Positions 37,262-47,922 of a stretch of 64,000 nt of DNA are shown here, in pieces (position 1 is the stretch's first letter; every line of letters begins with the position of its first letter). Below the pieces are notes generated by a model that was given only the letters and a program-made list of their open reading frames with translations, did not search any database and was not told where the DNA came from. The position numbers and the translations under genes are program-made. Where the stretch lies: positions 6,451 to 70,450 of the forward strand of contig CP070736.1 of NCBI GenBank assembly GCA_020347645.1, in the 5' to 3' direction. This DNA comes from Methanobacteriota archaeon. GTDB lineage: Archaea; Thermoplasmatota; Thermoplasmata; UBA10834.

Positions 37262-38221
37262 ATGAAATCCTCAGCCAAAGCTCATCCAATTCAAGGCCTA
37301 GTCAAGTACCACGGATTAAAAGATTCCAGACTAAGGATTCCATATCACGATTCGATATCAGTTGCTACTGCACCGACAGAGACACACACTACAATCGAGT
37401 TCGGCGATTTCGAGGCGGACTCTGCATTCATCGATGGGGTACAAGTCCCCGCGTCAGGAATGGGCAGGATTCTCGCAGTCGTCGACTTGATTCGTAAGAA
37501 GAGCGCCCTCGATCAAAGGTTTAGGATGGAGTCTCGCAACAACTTCCCGTCGAATATAGGGCTTGGGGCATCCGCGTCGGGGTTTGCAGCATTGGCAGTA
37601 GCCGCGTGCGATGCGGCGAACCTCAAGCTCTCTCTGGAGCAGATATCGGTAATCGCTCGAAGGGGCTCCGGCTCAGCTGCAAGATCTGTGACCGGTGCCT
37701 TCTCTCTTTGGAGAACCGGCCATGACGATGAGGATTCCTATTCATATCAACTAGCTTCAGAGGATTTTCAGATGGGAATCATCGTGGCTCTCATCCCTGC
37801 ACACAAGCTCACGGATGATGCACATAGGGACGTGCTCAGATCACCCTTCTTCCACTCGAGACTCGCGTATGTTCATGGAGCTATTGCTGAGATGGAGAGT
37901 GCCGTCAAGCAGAGAAACATCGCGAGGATAGGCGAGATAGCAGAGAAGGATTCACTCATACTTCACGGTATCACGATGACAGGAACAGAAGAACTCATGC
38001 TATGGCGGCCAGAAACCATCAAAGTCATCCTCGAGGTGAAGAATATGAGGTCCGAAGGCATACCAGCGTTCTTTTCCATCGACACGGGTGCAACAGTGTA
38101 TATCAACACCGAACCAGCTCATGCGCGCAAAGTGGAAGATAGGATTCACACATTGGGAATCGAGACAATGAATTGCACAGTGGGTGGTAGTGCCAGAATC
38201 ACCGATGAGCATCTGTTCTAG
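37262..38221 (+). CDS. mvaD: Mevalonate (di)phosphate decarboxylase family (GHMP)
   Basis: AHPIQGLVKYHG, HDSIS, GLGASASG, RGSGSAARS and DTGA motifs. Confidence 0.88.
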   Translation: MKSSAKAHPIQGLVKYHGLKDSRLRIPYHDSISVATAPTETHTTIEFGDFEADSAFIDGVQVPASGMGRILAVVDLIRKKSALDQRFRMESRNNFPSNIGLGASASGFAALAVAACDAANLKLSLEQISVIARRGSGSAARSVTGAFSLWRTGHDDEDSYSYQLASEDFQMGIIVALIPAHKLTDDAHRDVLRSPFFHSRLAYVHGAIAEMESAVKQRNIARIGEIAEKDSLILHGITMTGTEELMLWRPETIKVILEVKNMRSEGIPAFFSIDTGATVYINTEPAHARKVEDRIHTLGIETMNCTVGGSARITDEHLF

Positions 38222-38970
38222 AGATCTGAGTGTCTCGCGCATTTCTGCATCTGCACCGCTTCGTCCATCGAAATCTCTCCCAACGCCACCTTCGCAGCAA
38301 GCTTCCGTGATACCGTCAGCTCCCCTTCACTGTGCACTCGACTGAGTCTTTGAACATTGCGTATCTCGCCCGGTCCGGGGGCGACGCGCTGCCTCTTCTT
38401 GGGGAGATATCCGGGTGTAAGGGCGATCTCTACGGCAGCATCTTCATCCGGAGTCTTTGATTTCCTAGTGGTGTTGCGTTCGTCCACCATCTCACCCACG
38501 TACCCAGAGTCCCATAGAGCATTGAAAATCCTATTGCGGTTCGTGCGGTCTCCGTTCCCAAGTCTGATTGTCACGCGCGACGGGGCATGACGGTCTATCG
38601 TCTCCTTGACAATCGCAGCGACAGCCTCAGGTGTTGGGGCAAGAGTTCGAGTTAGAACGCTACCGTGAGATAGAACTGCGATTCCGGGTCGGTTTCCCGG
38701 ATCGATTCCTATGGTTAGGTCATCAGTTTCACCCTCGCACGCCAGGACTTCTTTGACCTTCATCATGGCCACGTCTGGGTCGGCGTCTGTGATCACTTTG
38801 TCAAAGGGCACATGGCACCTTTCCTCAGCTGTGGTGATAACAACTGATAGATTTGCAGGGAGCGGTTCCGAGAAGTCCAATGAGACATGTCTCAGTCCTT
38901 CATCGCGAAGGGCCACAAGCATTTCGTAGTATGTTCTCGGATTCTCAGTCAGTATCCCGATGACTTTCAT
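38218..38970 (-). CDS. Hypothetical protein with RNase H-like (YqgF/RuvC-like) domain
   Basis: IGIDPG, VDERNTT and DEDAAVEIA motifs. Confidence 0.65.
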   Translation of the reverse strand: MKVIGILTENPRTYYEMLVALRDEGLRHVSLDFSEPLPANLSVVITTAEERCHVPFDKVITDADPDVAMMKVKEVLACEGETDDLTIGIDPGNRPGIAVLSHGSVLTRTLAPTPEAVAAIVKETIDRHAPSRVTIRLGNGDRTNRNRIFNALWDSGYVGEMVDERNTTRKSKTPDEDAAVEIALTPGYLPKKRQRVAPGPGEIRNVQRLSRVHSEGELTVSRKLAAKVALGEISMDEAVQMQKCARHSDL

Positions 38971-39010
38971 CCAGAGGCAATCTGTATCATTCAGGATAAA
39001 AATCTTTTGC

Positions 39011-40168
39011 TCAATTCCTCTTTCTGAATCCCCCAAACCTGGATTTCTTCCCGCCAGTCCTGTTGTACTTGCCGATCGAATCAGCTAGACGGCGCATAAG
39101 GTCCTTCTGTTCAGCAGTCATCTTGGAGGGTGTAACGACGAGAACGCTCACGAACTCGTCTCCTTCACCATGCCCCCTTAAGTCATGTATACCCTTTCCT
39201 TTGAGTCTGAACACGGTGCCCGTTTGCGTGCCTGGGGGTATCTTGACCAACGCTGTTCCAGTGAGCGTTGGCACCTCTATCTCCGCCCCGAGCGCAGCCT
39301 CGCCAAAAGAAATGGGCGCTTCTATGTACAGATTTCTGCCGTCGCGTTCGAACACCTCATGAGGTGCTATGTGGACTACGATGTAGAGATCTCCAGGCGG
39401 ACCTCCGTTTACGCTGGCTTCGCCAGCTCCTCTGATTCTCAATCTCATACCTTCTTCAGCGCCTTTAGGGACGGAGACCTCGATCTTGCTAGTCGTCTTT
39501 GTGTAGCCGGCGCCTCCGCAAGATTTGCATGGCTTGGTGATTTGCCTCCCCGCTCCCTTACAGGTTGGGCAGGCAGTGATCGAAACGAAGCTTGTGTATC
39601 CCCGCTTCTGACTTCTCTGTACCTGACCAGACCCTTTGCACATAGAGCACGTTTTCAGGTCTTCTGCCAAGGCGCCCTGGCCGTTGCAGGTCTTACATTG
39701 GATCGTGTGAGGTATCTTGAGCTCCTTTTCGACACCCTTTGCGGCCTCTTCGAGGGATATCTCAATGTCATATCTGAGTGATTGTCCTTCCATGGGCCCT
39801 CTTCTTGGTCTTCCGCCGAAGAACTGATCGAAGATGCTTCCTCCGAAGCCGAAGCCCGAAAATCCGCCAAATATGTCGCTTATATCCTCAAAGTGCGTGA
39901 AGTCTGACCAATCGAATCCGCCCTGACGGAATGTGCTCTCCACGCCTGCATGGCCATACTGGTCGTACCTAATACGCTTCTCCTGGTCGGCCAGAACCTC
40001 ATAGGCCTCAGACAACTCCTTGAACTTCTCTTCGGCCTCTTTTGGGTTATCCTTGTTCTTGTCCGGATGGTACTTCATCGCGAGTTTTCTGTAGGCTTTC
40101 TTGATCTCGTCAGAGTTCGCATCCTTATCGATGCCCAGGATTTCGTAGTAGTCTCGCTTTGAAGGCAT
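39011..40168 (-). CDS. dnaJ: Chaperone DnaJ
   Basis: J-domain HPD, G/F region and four CxxCxGxG repeats. Confidence 0.97.
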   Translation of the reverse strand: MPSKRDYYEILGIDKDANSDEIKKAYRKLAMKYHPDKNKDNPKEAEEKFKELSEAYEVLADQEKRIRYDQYGHAGVESTFRQGGFDWSDFTHFEDISDIFGGFSGFGFGGSIFDQFFGGRPRRGPMEGQSLRYDIEISLEEAAKGVEKELKIPHTIQCKTCNGQGALAEDLKTCSMCKGSGQVQRSQKRGYTSFVSITACPTCKGAGRQITKPCKSCGGAGYTKTTSKIEVSVPKGAEEGMRLRIRGAGEASVNGGPPGDLYIVVHIAPHEVFERDGRNLYIEAPISFGEAALGAEIEVPTLTGTALVKIPPGTQTGTVFRLKGKGIHDLRGHGEGDEFVSVLVVTPSKMTAEQKDLMRRLADSIGKYNRTGGKKSRFGGFRKRN

Positions 40169-40255
40169 TTGGCATCCTCATGGTTCGTACATCAACTGGT
40201 GCTGTCGGTTCCGACTCTGTAAAGACAGGAAGGTGATGAAAGAGGTTTTGGCCCG

Positions 40256-42151
40256 CTACGGTTGTTGGTCCTCTTCTTCGTCGTCCACAATCTTGTACTC
40301 GGCGTCGACGTATCCCTTGCCGGAATCGGATGGCGGGCCCGCATCCCCCTCCGAAGGGGGTGGAGTTCCCTGTGCCTGGCCCTGACTGGCCGCCGTCGCC
40401 TCGTAGACCTTCTTGCCGACCTCCAACAAAGCCTTGTCCAGCTCATCCAGTTTTTCCTTTATTGTGGCCTTGTCGTTGGAGGAGAGTGCCTTTTTGAGCT
40501 CGTCTGTAAGCTTCGTCACCTCGTCCTTGAGTTCCTCGGATATCTTGTCTCCCATCTCTTGCAGGAGCCTATCGACCTCGTAGACCTTCGCCTCTGCGCG
40601 ATTCTTGAGGTCGACTTCTTCCTTCCGCTTTAAATCCTCATCGGCGTAGGTCTCGGCGTCTTTGATCATGCGCTCAATCTCACCTTTCTCCAGCTTGGTT
40701 GTCGCAGTGATCGTTATCTTCTGCTCCTTGCCAGTGCCTAGGTCCTTTGCCTTGACATCGATTATCCCGTTCGCGTCGATGTCGAAGGTGACTTCCACTT
40801 GGGGGATCCCTCTCGGCGCTGGCGGTATGCCCATAAGATGGAATCGACCAAGACTGACATTGTCAGTCGCCATCGGTCTCTCACCTTGTAGGACATGTAT
40901 TTCCACGCTCGTCTGACCATCGGCTGCAGTGGAGAAGACTTCGCTCTTACGGGTTGGAATGGTGGTGTTTCTCTCTATCTGCTTGTGAAAGACCCCTCCG
41001 AGGGTTTCAACTCCGAGGGAAAGGGGGGTGACATCCAGGAGAAGGATATCCTTGACCGTGCCTTCGATGACTCCGCCCTGAATTGCCGCTCCCATGGCTA
41101 CGCATTCCATCGGGTCCACACCACGCTCGATTTTCTTGCCGACGACCTCCTCGACGAACCGCTGTACTATGGGCATACGCGTGGGCCCTCCAACCAGTAT
41201 GATCTTGTCTATCTGGTCAGGTTTAAGTCCAGCATCATCCAGAGCTTGTTTCATCGGGGCTCTGCATCGGTCAACAGTGGATTTGACGAGATCCTCAAGC
41301 TTCGCTCTGGTGAGTTTCATCGCCAGATGCCTCGGGCCAGAAGCGTCTGCTGTCAGATAAGGAAGGTTCAACTCAGTCTCCATGGTCGATGAAAGCTCGA
41401 TCTTGGCCTTCTCGGCGGCTTCTCTAATCCGCTGTATCGCCATCTTGTCTTTTGAGATGTCGATGCTGTGCTCTGTCTGGAAGTCCTTTGCGATGAACTC
41501 CACGAGGGAGTTATCCATGTCCGTCCCTCCCAATTGCGTGTCACCGCTCGTAGAAACGACTTCGAAGACGCCGTCGCCAAATTCCATTATCGTGACATCA
41601 AGAGTGCCGCCACCTAGGTCGAACACCATGATCTTCTGTTCTTTCTCAGATTTGTCGAGTCCGTACGCGAGAGCAGCAGCCGTGGGCTCGTTGATTATCC
41701 TGACGACGTCCAATCCCGCTATAGTCCCGGCGTCTTTGGTTGCCTGTCTCTGGTTATCATTGAAATAAGCTGGGACGGTGATGACTGCCTTCTTGATCGG
41801 CGTTCCAATATAGGCCTCCGAATCGCGTTTTATCTTCTGCAGGATGAACGCTGAAATCTGTTGGGGAGTGTATTCCTTCTCATAGATTCCGACTTTGTAA
41901 TCCGTACCCATCTTCCTCTTGATGGCAAAGACGGTATTCTCCGGGTTTGATACGGCCTGTCTCCTTGCCGGCTCTCCCACTAGCATCTGTCCATCTTTTG
42001 TGAAGGCAACATAGGATGGGAACGCCTTCCCGCCCAGGCTCGTGCCTTCCGCGCTGGGGACTATCGTCGCTCTCCCTCCCTCGATCACGGCAGCGGCTGA
42101 GTTGCTGGTGCCCAGATCTATGCCAATTATCTTCTCTCTAGATTCTGCCAT
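40256..42151 (-). CDS. dnaK: Chaperone DnaK (Hsp70)
   Basis: [17 protein letters not shown] and DLGGGT motifs. Confidence 0.98.
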   Translation of the reverse strand: MAESREKIIGIDLGTSNSAAAVIEGGRATIVPSAEGTSLGGKAFPSYVAFTKDGQMLVGEPARRQAVSNPENTVFAIKRKMGTDYKVGIYEKEYTPQQISAFILQKIKRDSEAYIGTPIKKAVITVPAYFNDNQRQATKDAGTIAGLDVVRIINEPTAAALAYGLDKSEKEQKIMVFDLGGGTLDVTIMEFGDGVFEVVSTSGDTQLGGTDMDNSLVEFIAKDFQTEHSIDISKDKMAIQRIREAAEKAKIELSSTMETELNLPYLTADASGPRHLAMKLTRAKLEDLVKSTVDRCRAPMKQALDDAGLKPDQIDKIILVGGPTRMPIVQRFVEEVVGKKIERGVDPMECVAMGAAIQGGVIEGTVKDILLLDVTPLSLGVETLGGVFHKQIERNTTIPTRKSEVFSTAADGQTSVEIHVLQGERPMATDNVSLGRFHLMGIPPAPRGIPQVEVTFDIDANGIIDVKAKDLGTGKEQKITITATTKLEKGEIERMIKDAETYADEDLKRKEEVDLKNRAEAKVYEVDRLLQEMGDKISEELKDEVTKLTDELKKALSSNDKATIKEKLDELDKALLEVGKKVYEATAASQGQAQGTPPPSEGDAGPPSDSGKGYVDAEYKIVDDEEEDQQP

Positions 42152-42177
42152 ACGCAATCTCACTCCCTTTCATTAAT

Positions 42178-42786
42178 TCAATCTCTATCATTATCGTTAT
42201 CGACTTCCTCGTCCTCATCCTGGATAGAACCACCTGTGTCGTCTTTCGGACATTTCGACCTGCTCGCAGACACCTTCACTCTTGCAGTCCTGATTACCTT
42301 TGGACCTAGCATGTATCCCTTTTGGAAGACTTCCAGGATTGCGCCGTCGTCTTCATCGTCGGATTCCTCCATCATGAGCGCCTCGTGGAAGAAAGGGTCG
42401 AAAGGTCCATCGGTAGCTATCTCCTTAAGTCCAGCGCGCTGCAGAGTCTGCATCAGCTGTCTTCGGATACCCTCAAGACCGATCTCTTGTGAATTGCGCT
42501 CCTCTTCCGAGGCGTCATTGACTGCCTTGTCCAAGGTGTCCAAGACTGCCAGCAGGTCTAAAATGACATGCTCGCCCGCGAGCCTAGACCTTTCTGCCCA
42601 TTCGCGCTCTACACGCTTCCTGTAATTCTCGAACTCCGCCTGTGTCCGCTTCACAGTGTCCGTCAGCTCATCGATCTTCGCGTCCTTGGCCGCCATCGTT
42701 TCTTGGTCCGTGGCAACGTCCGCAGAGTGGTTAGTAGAATCTACAGTCTTCTTCGAAGGCAGGGAATCCTCTGAATCATCCGGCAT
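42178..42786 (-). CDS. grpE: Nucleotide exchange factor GrpE
   Basis: AEFENYRKR, FDPFFHEA and QKGY motifs. Confidence 0.95.
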   Translation of the reverse strand: MPDDSEDSLPSKKTVDSTNHSADVATDQETMAAKDAKIDELTDTVKRTQAEFENYRKRVEREWAERSRLAGEHVILDLLAVLDTLDKAVNDASEEERNSQEIGLEGIRRQLMQTLQRAGLKEIATDGPFDPFFHEALMMEESDDEDDGAILEVFQKGYMLGPKVIRTARVKVSASRSKCPKDDTGGSIQDEDEEVDNDNDRD

Positions 42787-42877
42787 CAGTTCTTTCCTCC
42801 AGCCAGGGTATCACTCTTCGCGTTTGAGCTGTTACGTATCATCGGCGAAATGAAATAAAGGGTTTGGTGAAGGCAGT

Positions 42878-44515
42878 CTAGTCGAAGCCGCCTTCATCCA
42901 TGTTAGGCATCTGCGGTCCACCCTTTCCGCCGCCTCCGTCTCCCTTGGAAGCGATGACGTCGTCGATTCTCAAGATCATCACAGCGGCGTCGGTTGCGGA
43001 GCTTATGCCTTGTCTGCCAACACGCAGCGGTTCAAGCACCTTTTCCTTCTTCATATCGGTGATCTTGCCAGTGAAGACATTGACTCCAGCGTTCTTCTTT
43101 CCAGACTTATGCGCCTTCCTAAGCTCGATTAGCACATCGATTGGGTCCAGACCCGCATTCTCGGCAAGTGCCGTTGGGACGACTTCCAGAGCGCTGGCGA
43201 AAGCGTCTATGGCTATCTGCTCCCTGCCACCTATCGATGCTGCATAGTCTCTCAGTTTGAGAGCCAACTCCGTGGCCGTGGAGCCTCCGCCAGTGACGAG
43301 TTTGCCATCCTCGATGGCGACCGAGATCACACTGATAGCGTCATGGAGCGACCTGTCGATTTCATCAATGACGTGTTCGGTGCCTCCTCTTATGAGGACG
43401 GAAACGGCCTTCGGGTTCTTGCATCCAGTTACGAAAGTCATTCTATCGTCAGCAATCTTCTGTTCCTCGACCAGATTGGCAGTTCCTAGATCGTTCGCCT
43501 TAAGATCATCGAGCTTGGTGACGAGGTTCGCACCTGTCGCTTTGGAGAGCTTCTCCATGTCGCTCTTCTTGACCCTTCTCACGGCGTAGACGTTGTTCTT
43601 GGCCAGATAGTGCTGCGCCAGGTCATCGATACCCTTCTGGCAGAACAGCACGTTCGCTCCGGATTTCTTGACGATTTCGACCATCTTCTTAAGCATGTTC
43701 TCCTCTTCATCAAGGAACGCATGCAGCTGGCTTGGGTCAGTGATTTCGATCTTGGCATCTATCTCCGTCTTCTTAACTTCCATAGCCGAGTCGATAAGGG
43801 CTATCTTTGCCTTCTCGACGCGTTTTGGCATGCCCGCATGGACGGCTTCCTTGTCCACGATTATTCCGGCGATCATCTCAGTATCATCCATTGAGCCGCC
43901 CTGCTTCTTGACAACCTGGATGTTGTCATCGTCGACTTGCCATGCTCCTCCATCCTTCTTCTCTGCCACAGCGCTCACGGCCTTGACTGCGACGTCCGCG
44001 AGCAAATCCCGAGAAGCCGACACGCTCTTGGATATCATGGCGGTCCGCGCTATGTCCTTTAAGACATCCTTGTTGTCTGGTGATACGGGAATCGCCAGAT
44101 CCTCAAGCAGCTCCCGGCCTTTCTGAGCAGCCATTCTGAATCCGCCCGATATGACCGTAGGATGAACGTTCTGTTCGATGAGAGCTTCAGCCTTCTTTAG
44201 CAGCTCACCAGCAAGGATGACGGCAGTTGTCGTTCCGTCTCCACACTCATCGTCTTGAGTCTTTGCCACCTCGACCAACATCTTGGCGGCTGGATGCTCC
44301 ACATCAATCTCCTTCAGTATCGTGACGCCGTCGTTCGTGATCACAACATCGCCCATGCTATCGACCAGCATCTTGTCCATCCCTCTGGGTCCTAGGGTGC
44401 TTCGGACAGAGTCTGCGATCGCCCTCGCGGCTGTGATGTTGCTGAACTGGGCGCCTTTCCCTTTCTCCCTCTTCGTACCTTCTTTCAATATGAGAACTGG
44501 TGTTTGACCAATCAT
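42878..44515 (-). CDS. Thermosome subunit (group II chaperonin)
   Basis: [18 protein letters not shown] and GDGTTT motifs. Confidence 0.97.
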   Translation of the reverse strand: MIGQTPVLILKEGTKREKGKGAQFSNITAARAIADSVRSTLGPRGMDKMLVDSMGDVVITNDGVTILKEIDVEHPAAKMLVEVAKTQDDECGDGTTTAVILAGELLKKAEALIEQNVHPTVISGGFRMAAQKGRELLEDLAIPVSPDNKDVLKDIARTAMISKSVSASRDLLADVAVKAVSAVAEKKDGGAWQVDDDNIQVVKKQGGSMDDTEMIAGIIVDKEAVHAGMPKRVEKAKIALIDSAMEVKKTEIDAKIEITDPSQLHAFLDEEENMLKKMVEIVKKSGANVLFCQKGIDDLAQHYLAKNNVYAVRRVKKSDMEKLSKATGANLVTKLDDLKANDLGTANLVEEQKIADDRMTFVTGCKNPKAVSVLIRGGTEHVIDEIDRSLHDAISVISVAIEDGKLVTGGGSTATELALKLRDYAASIGGREQIAIDAFASALEVVPTALAENAGLDPIDVLIELRKAHKSGKKNAGVNVFTGKITDMKKEKVLEPLRVGRQGISSATDAAVMILRIDDVIASKGDGGGGKGGPQMPNMDEGGFD

Positions 44516-44673
44516 GTCATACCTCCGTTCCAACCATCATCTGAACCAGGTTCCAGACATCGTCTGTTTCAGGTTCTCGAGCCCGTATATGTCAGAACTT
44601 CTATATAAGCGTTATCGTCTATAAAAACGGGTTCCTATGCCTTTGCCACTCCTATAATCATCACCATTGGTCT

Positions 44674-45363
44674 GTGGTGGATGCGATACCTCTAGACGGA
44701 ATAAGTCCCTATGACGACGATATTTATATCCGATATCACTTTGCGCCTGAAGCTGACATGAAAATCATCCCATATGTGTTGATAGAGTCAAGAGTGCCAT
44801 TTCAACAAGGGGCATTGAGACGGAGGATTGGAGAGGTCGTATCCGGACTATCCAAGAAGCATGATTGGGTGTATGTTGCGGATGCCGACGGGATCTTCAA
44901 GAACAAGCCGCAACTCGACATGGCACAGATCATCTGCGACGAGATGTCGACCATGTACGAAGGGGGTGTGAGGTATTCTCACAACGTCATAGACATGCTG
45001 ATAACAGGCGCCGAGAAAGCCGTGGTAGGCACGAGCACCCTAGTCGACCTCGACGAGCTGAGAGGAGCCTTTAAGTTGTCCGAGAACATTACCTTCAAAG
45101 TAGATTTCCGGGATGGGATTGTGAGTTCTGACCCCGTTATGGCGGGCAGAGCCCTCTCAGACCTGTTTCGGGATGTTGCCGATATTGGCATCGATGAAGT
45201 CCTCGTTCCCAGAACGCTCGCGGAGGAAGCGTCATCGGCTGTGTCGAGACGCGGTTTGAAGTTGGGGGTGATCGCGTCGCCCTCTGAACTCACGAGCCTT
45301 GAGCCGTTAGGAATCGACTACATCATATCGGAAAACCAGAGGAGCTTGGTAGAAGATGAGTGA
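44674..45363 (+). CDS. HisA/HisF-related TIM-barrel protein
   Basis: YVADADG and GAEKAVVGT motifs. Divergent family member, activity unclear. Confidence 0.6.
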   Translation: MVDAIPLDGISPYDDDIYIRYHFAPEADMKIIPYVLIESRVPFQQGALRRRIGEVVSGLSKKHDWVYVADADGIFKNKPQLDMAQIICDEMSTMYEGGVRYSHNVIDMLITGAEKAVVGTSTLVDLDELRGAFKLSENITFKVDFRDGIVSSDPVMAGRALSDLFRDVADIGIDEVLVPRTLAEEASSAVSRRGLKLGVIASPSELTSLEPLGIDYIISENQRSLVEDE

Positions 45364-45847
45364 GCTGCAGAGGAGTATCGCGGTGCTATTCAGGAGGAAG
45401 GGTAAGGAGGCCCTCACAGAGCGGGAATTCGTATTTTCAGCGTCCATGGATCTGAGATGGTTCTCGCCAAAGGAGGCCCAGAAGATGATGGACGCAGGTC
45501 TCGCGGGAGGACATCTCAGGAAGGTAGATGGCAACCTCCTCCCTACCTTCGATTTCGGCAAGGTCGACGTCCCAATCGACTACCGGCCGACTCCGGAGAT
45601 GCTCAAGGAAGCTCCGAAGAAGATCTCCAGAGATCTGTTTTCGGAGATCATTGACAGGATTTCAGAATCAAGGTCCGTCTCCAAGCGAGAGGTCGTGTCG
45701 AGGGTCAACAAGAAGCAAGAGATGCTGGGCATAGATGTCGAACCGGCCGCTCTGCTGGTGGCCTGCGATTACGGAATAGACATGGATGGGGCATATATCG
45801 AGAGAGCTGCAAGCGAAGTCCTTAGCAGGGATTTCCACGGTCCCTGA
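45356..45847 (+). CDS. DUF2240 family protein
   Basis: FSASMDLRWFSPKEA motif. Confidence 0.8.
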   Translation: MSELQRSIAVLFRRKGKEALTEREFVFSASMDLRWFSPKEAQKMMDAGLAGGHLRKVDGNLLPTFDFGKVDVPIDYRPTPEMLKEAPKKISRDLFSEIIDRISESRSVSKREVVSRVNKKQEMLGIDVEPAALLVACDYGIDMDGAYIERAASEVLSRDFHGP

Positions 45848-45857
45848 CAAGACACGC

Positions 45858-46355
45858 TCAATCCTTTTTGACTCTTATGAGGTCAGCAAGCGTTAATGCG
45901 CTTTGGGTCGAAGAAGTGGACTGCGCCGTCACCTCTCCCTCTACCCTCTCTTTGAGGGCAATACCGAGTTCCTTCTGCAGCTTCTTGATGAGCTTTTCAT
46001 CAGGCCTCATGCTGCCGGATTCCACTTTGCTGATTATCGTCTGCTTCTCGTTGAGCTTCATTGCGAGTTCCTTCTGAGTTATTCCCTTTCGCGCCCTTGC
46101 GTTTCGCACCCGCGAAGGGTAGTCCTCTACGAGCTCCTCGGCACCCTCTTCCGAGTACACGTCCTTGGGCTTGAATCTCCTCTCCCTTTGCTCAAGCCGT
46201 TGCTCGATTACCGGTTTTGGACCCGTTTCGCCCATGTGCTTCTTATCTACCTCAGTGCCGAATTTTGCGCATTCGGTGCAAACCTCAAGAAGGACGCCTT
46301 CAATCATCACCTTCTTGCAGAAGGTGACATTCTTGCCGCACATCTCGCAAACCAT
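45858..46355 (-). CDS. Archaeal multiprotein bridging factor aMBF1
   Basis: N-terminal CEMCG...VCTECAKFG Zn ribbon and C-terminal HTH. Confidence 0.92.
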   Translation of the reverse strand: MVCEMCGKNVTFCKKVMIEGVLLEVCTECAKFGTEVDKKHMGETGPKPVIEQRLEQRERRFKPKDVYSEEGAEELVEDYPSRVRNARARKGITQKELAMKLNEKQTIISKVESGSMRPDEKLIKKLQKELGIALKERVEGEVTAQSTSSTQSALTLADLIRVKKD

Positions 46356-46448
46356 GAAAACACACTTCTGAACTGGGTCAGCAAAGGATAAATAGAGTAT
46401 TTAACCTTATATCATTATAATCTGGACGCGCCGAAATTAAATTGTAGC

Positions 46449-47672
46449 ATGGGGTGCACCAAAGTGGAAAGTGAGCAACCTTCGGAGCTTTACGAGGAAA
46501 TTCAGAGACGGTTATCGGTCCTTGAGGAACGCAACCTTGAACTTGTCGAAGAGGCTCGACGCGTTGAAGGGGAGAAACGGTTCGTTGAAGGAGAGCTGAT
46601 ACGACTTCAGAAGGAGCTCAAGCGTCTAAAAGCGGAGCTCGAACGATTGAAGGCACCCCCTCTCATAATAGGGCAGATCAAGGATGTACTTGCGGATGGA
46701 CGCGTTGTAGTGAAGAGTTCTACAGGGCCGGACTTCGTTGTCAACACCTCGGATTATGTTTCACCAGAATTGCTTGAGGCGGGCGCGCGTGTCGCTTTAA
46801 ACAAGCAGACACTGGCCGTGATGGGGGTGCTGCCCGCATCGTTGGACCCGATTGTCATCGGCGCCGAAATAATCGAGAAGCCAGAGACAGTTTATGAGGA
46901 CATAGGCGGCCTCCAGGAACAGATCGTTGAGATACGCGAGGCTGTCGAAGATCCGCTCCTCCGACCGGAACTGTACAAGCGAGTCGGCATTGACCCCCCC
47001 AAGGGTGTTCTGCTCGTCGGTCCTCCTGGCACGGGAAAGACCCTGTTGGCGAAAGCCGTGGCAAAGCAGACTAACGCGACGTTCATCAGATTCGTTGGAT
47101 CCGAACTTGTGCAGAAGTACATCGGCGAAGGGGCTAGGCTGGTCAGAGAGCTCTTCGACCTTGCTCGGCAGAAAGCTCCGTCGATAGTCTTCATAGACGA
47201 ACTCGACAGCGTTGGCGCGAAGCGCCTAGAACTCGCCACTTCCGGCGATCGAGAGGTGCAGCGTACACTGATGCAAATCCTCGCTGAGCTTGATGGATTC
47301 AATCCTATTGGCGATGTCAAGATAATCGGAGCAACAAACAGACCCGACATTCTCGACGAGGCGCTCTTAAGGCCTGGTCGCTTTGACCGGATAATCGAGA
47401 TTCCGATACCTAGCTTCGATGCCAGAGTCGAGATACTTGGCATACACACGAGGCGCATGAACCTCGATGAGACTGCAAACATAGAGGATCTGGCAGGCAA
47501 GGCCGACGGAGCAACTGGCGCGGATATCAAAGCAATTTGCACAGAGGCAGGCATGTTCGCAATCAGGGAAAACCGGGACGTCGTCACGATGTCAGACCTC
47601 GAGAGGGCGATATCGAAGGTGTTGGATGATGGCGACCAAAGGGCCATGGAATCCGGACCTATGTTCGCATGA
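46449..47672 (+). CDS. pan: Proteasome-activating nucleotidase
   Basis: Coiled coil, OB domain, [27 protein letters not shown] and C-terminal HbYX-like MFA. Confidence 0.97.
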   Translation: MGCTKVESEQPSELYEEIQRRLSVLEERNLELVEEARRVEGEKRFVEGELIRLQKELKRLKAELERLKAPPLIIGQIKDVLADGRVVVKSSTGPDFVVNTSDYVSPELLEAGARVALNKQTLAVMGVLPASLDPIVIGAEIIEKPETVYEDIGGLQEQIVEIREAVEDPLLRPELYKRVGIDPPKGVLLVGPPGTGKTLLAKAVAKQTNATFIRFVGSELVQKYIGEGARLVRELFDLARQKAPSIVFIDELDSVGAKRLELATSGDREVQRTLMQILAELDGFNPIGDVKIIGATNRPDILDEALLRPGRFDRIIEIPIPSFDARVEILGIHTRRMNLDETANIEDLAGKADGATGADIKAICTEAGMFAIRENRDVVTMSDLERAISKVLDDGDQRAMESGPMFA

Positions 47673-47706
47673 CGGATTTCCCATCGCCGGCTCTGAAGAA
47701 GACCGC

Positions 47707-47871
47707 TTACCCTTCCCGCTCAAGATCCTTCTCTATGACGAACGCGCCGATGTAGCCGCACTTCTTGCAGTGGTATTTATAGCCAGTTATGAGGGCGGCC
47801 TCATAATACAGGTCCGCTGAGCCGCACTGCGGACAGAATAGGGCCGAGCGGGGCGTCCTTTTTCTGGACAT
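47707..47871 (-). CDS. Small Zn-ribbon protein (54 aa; absent from ORF track)
   Basis: Hand translation MSRKRTPRSALFCPQCGSADLYYEAALITGYKYHCKKCGYIGAFVIEKDLEREG with two CxxCG knuckles. Confidence 0.75.
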   Translation of the reverse strand: MSRKRTPRSALFCPQCGSADLYYEAALITGYKYHCKKCGYIGAFVIEKDLEREG

Positions 47872-47922
47872 GATCCGTGTATGGGTCTCCGATTAATCCA
47901 ATCTTCCGGCGACGGTGATAAG

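Noticed and set aside
39011-47672. Thermosome-grpE-dnaK-dnaJ, aMBF1 and pan clustering as a novel proteostasis island
   Set aside because: Bacterial-type DnaK systems are well known in Thermoplasmatota and other Euryarchaeota, and aMBF1-pan linkage is common.
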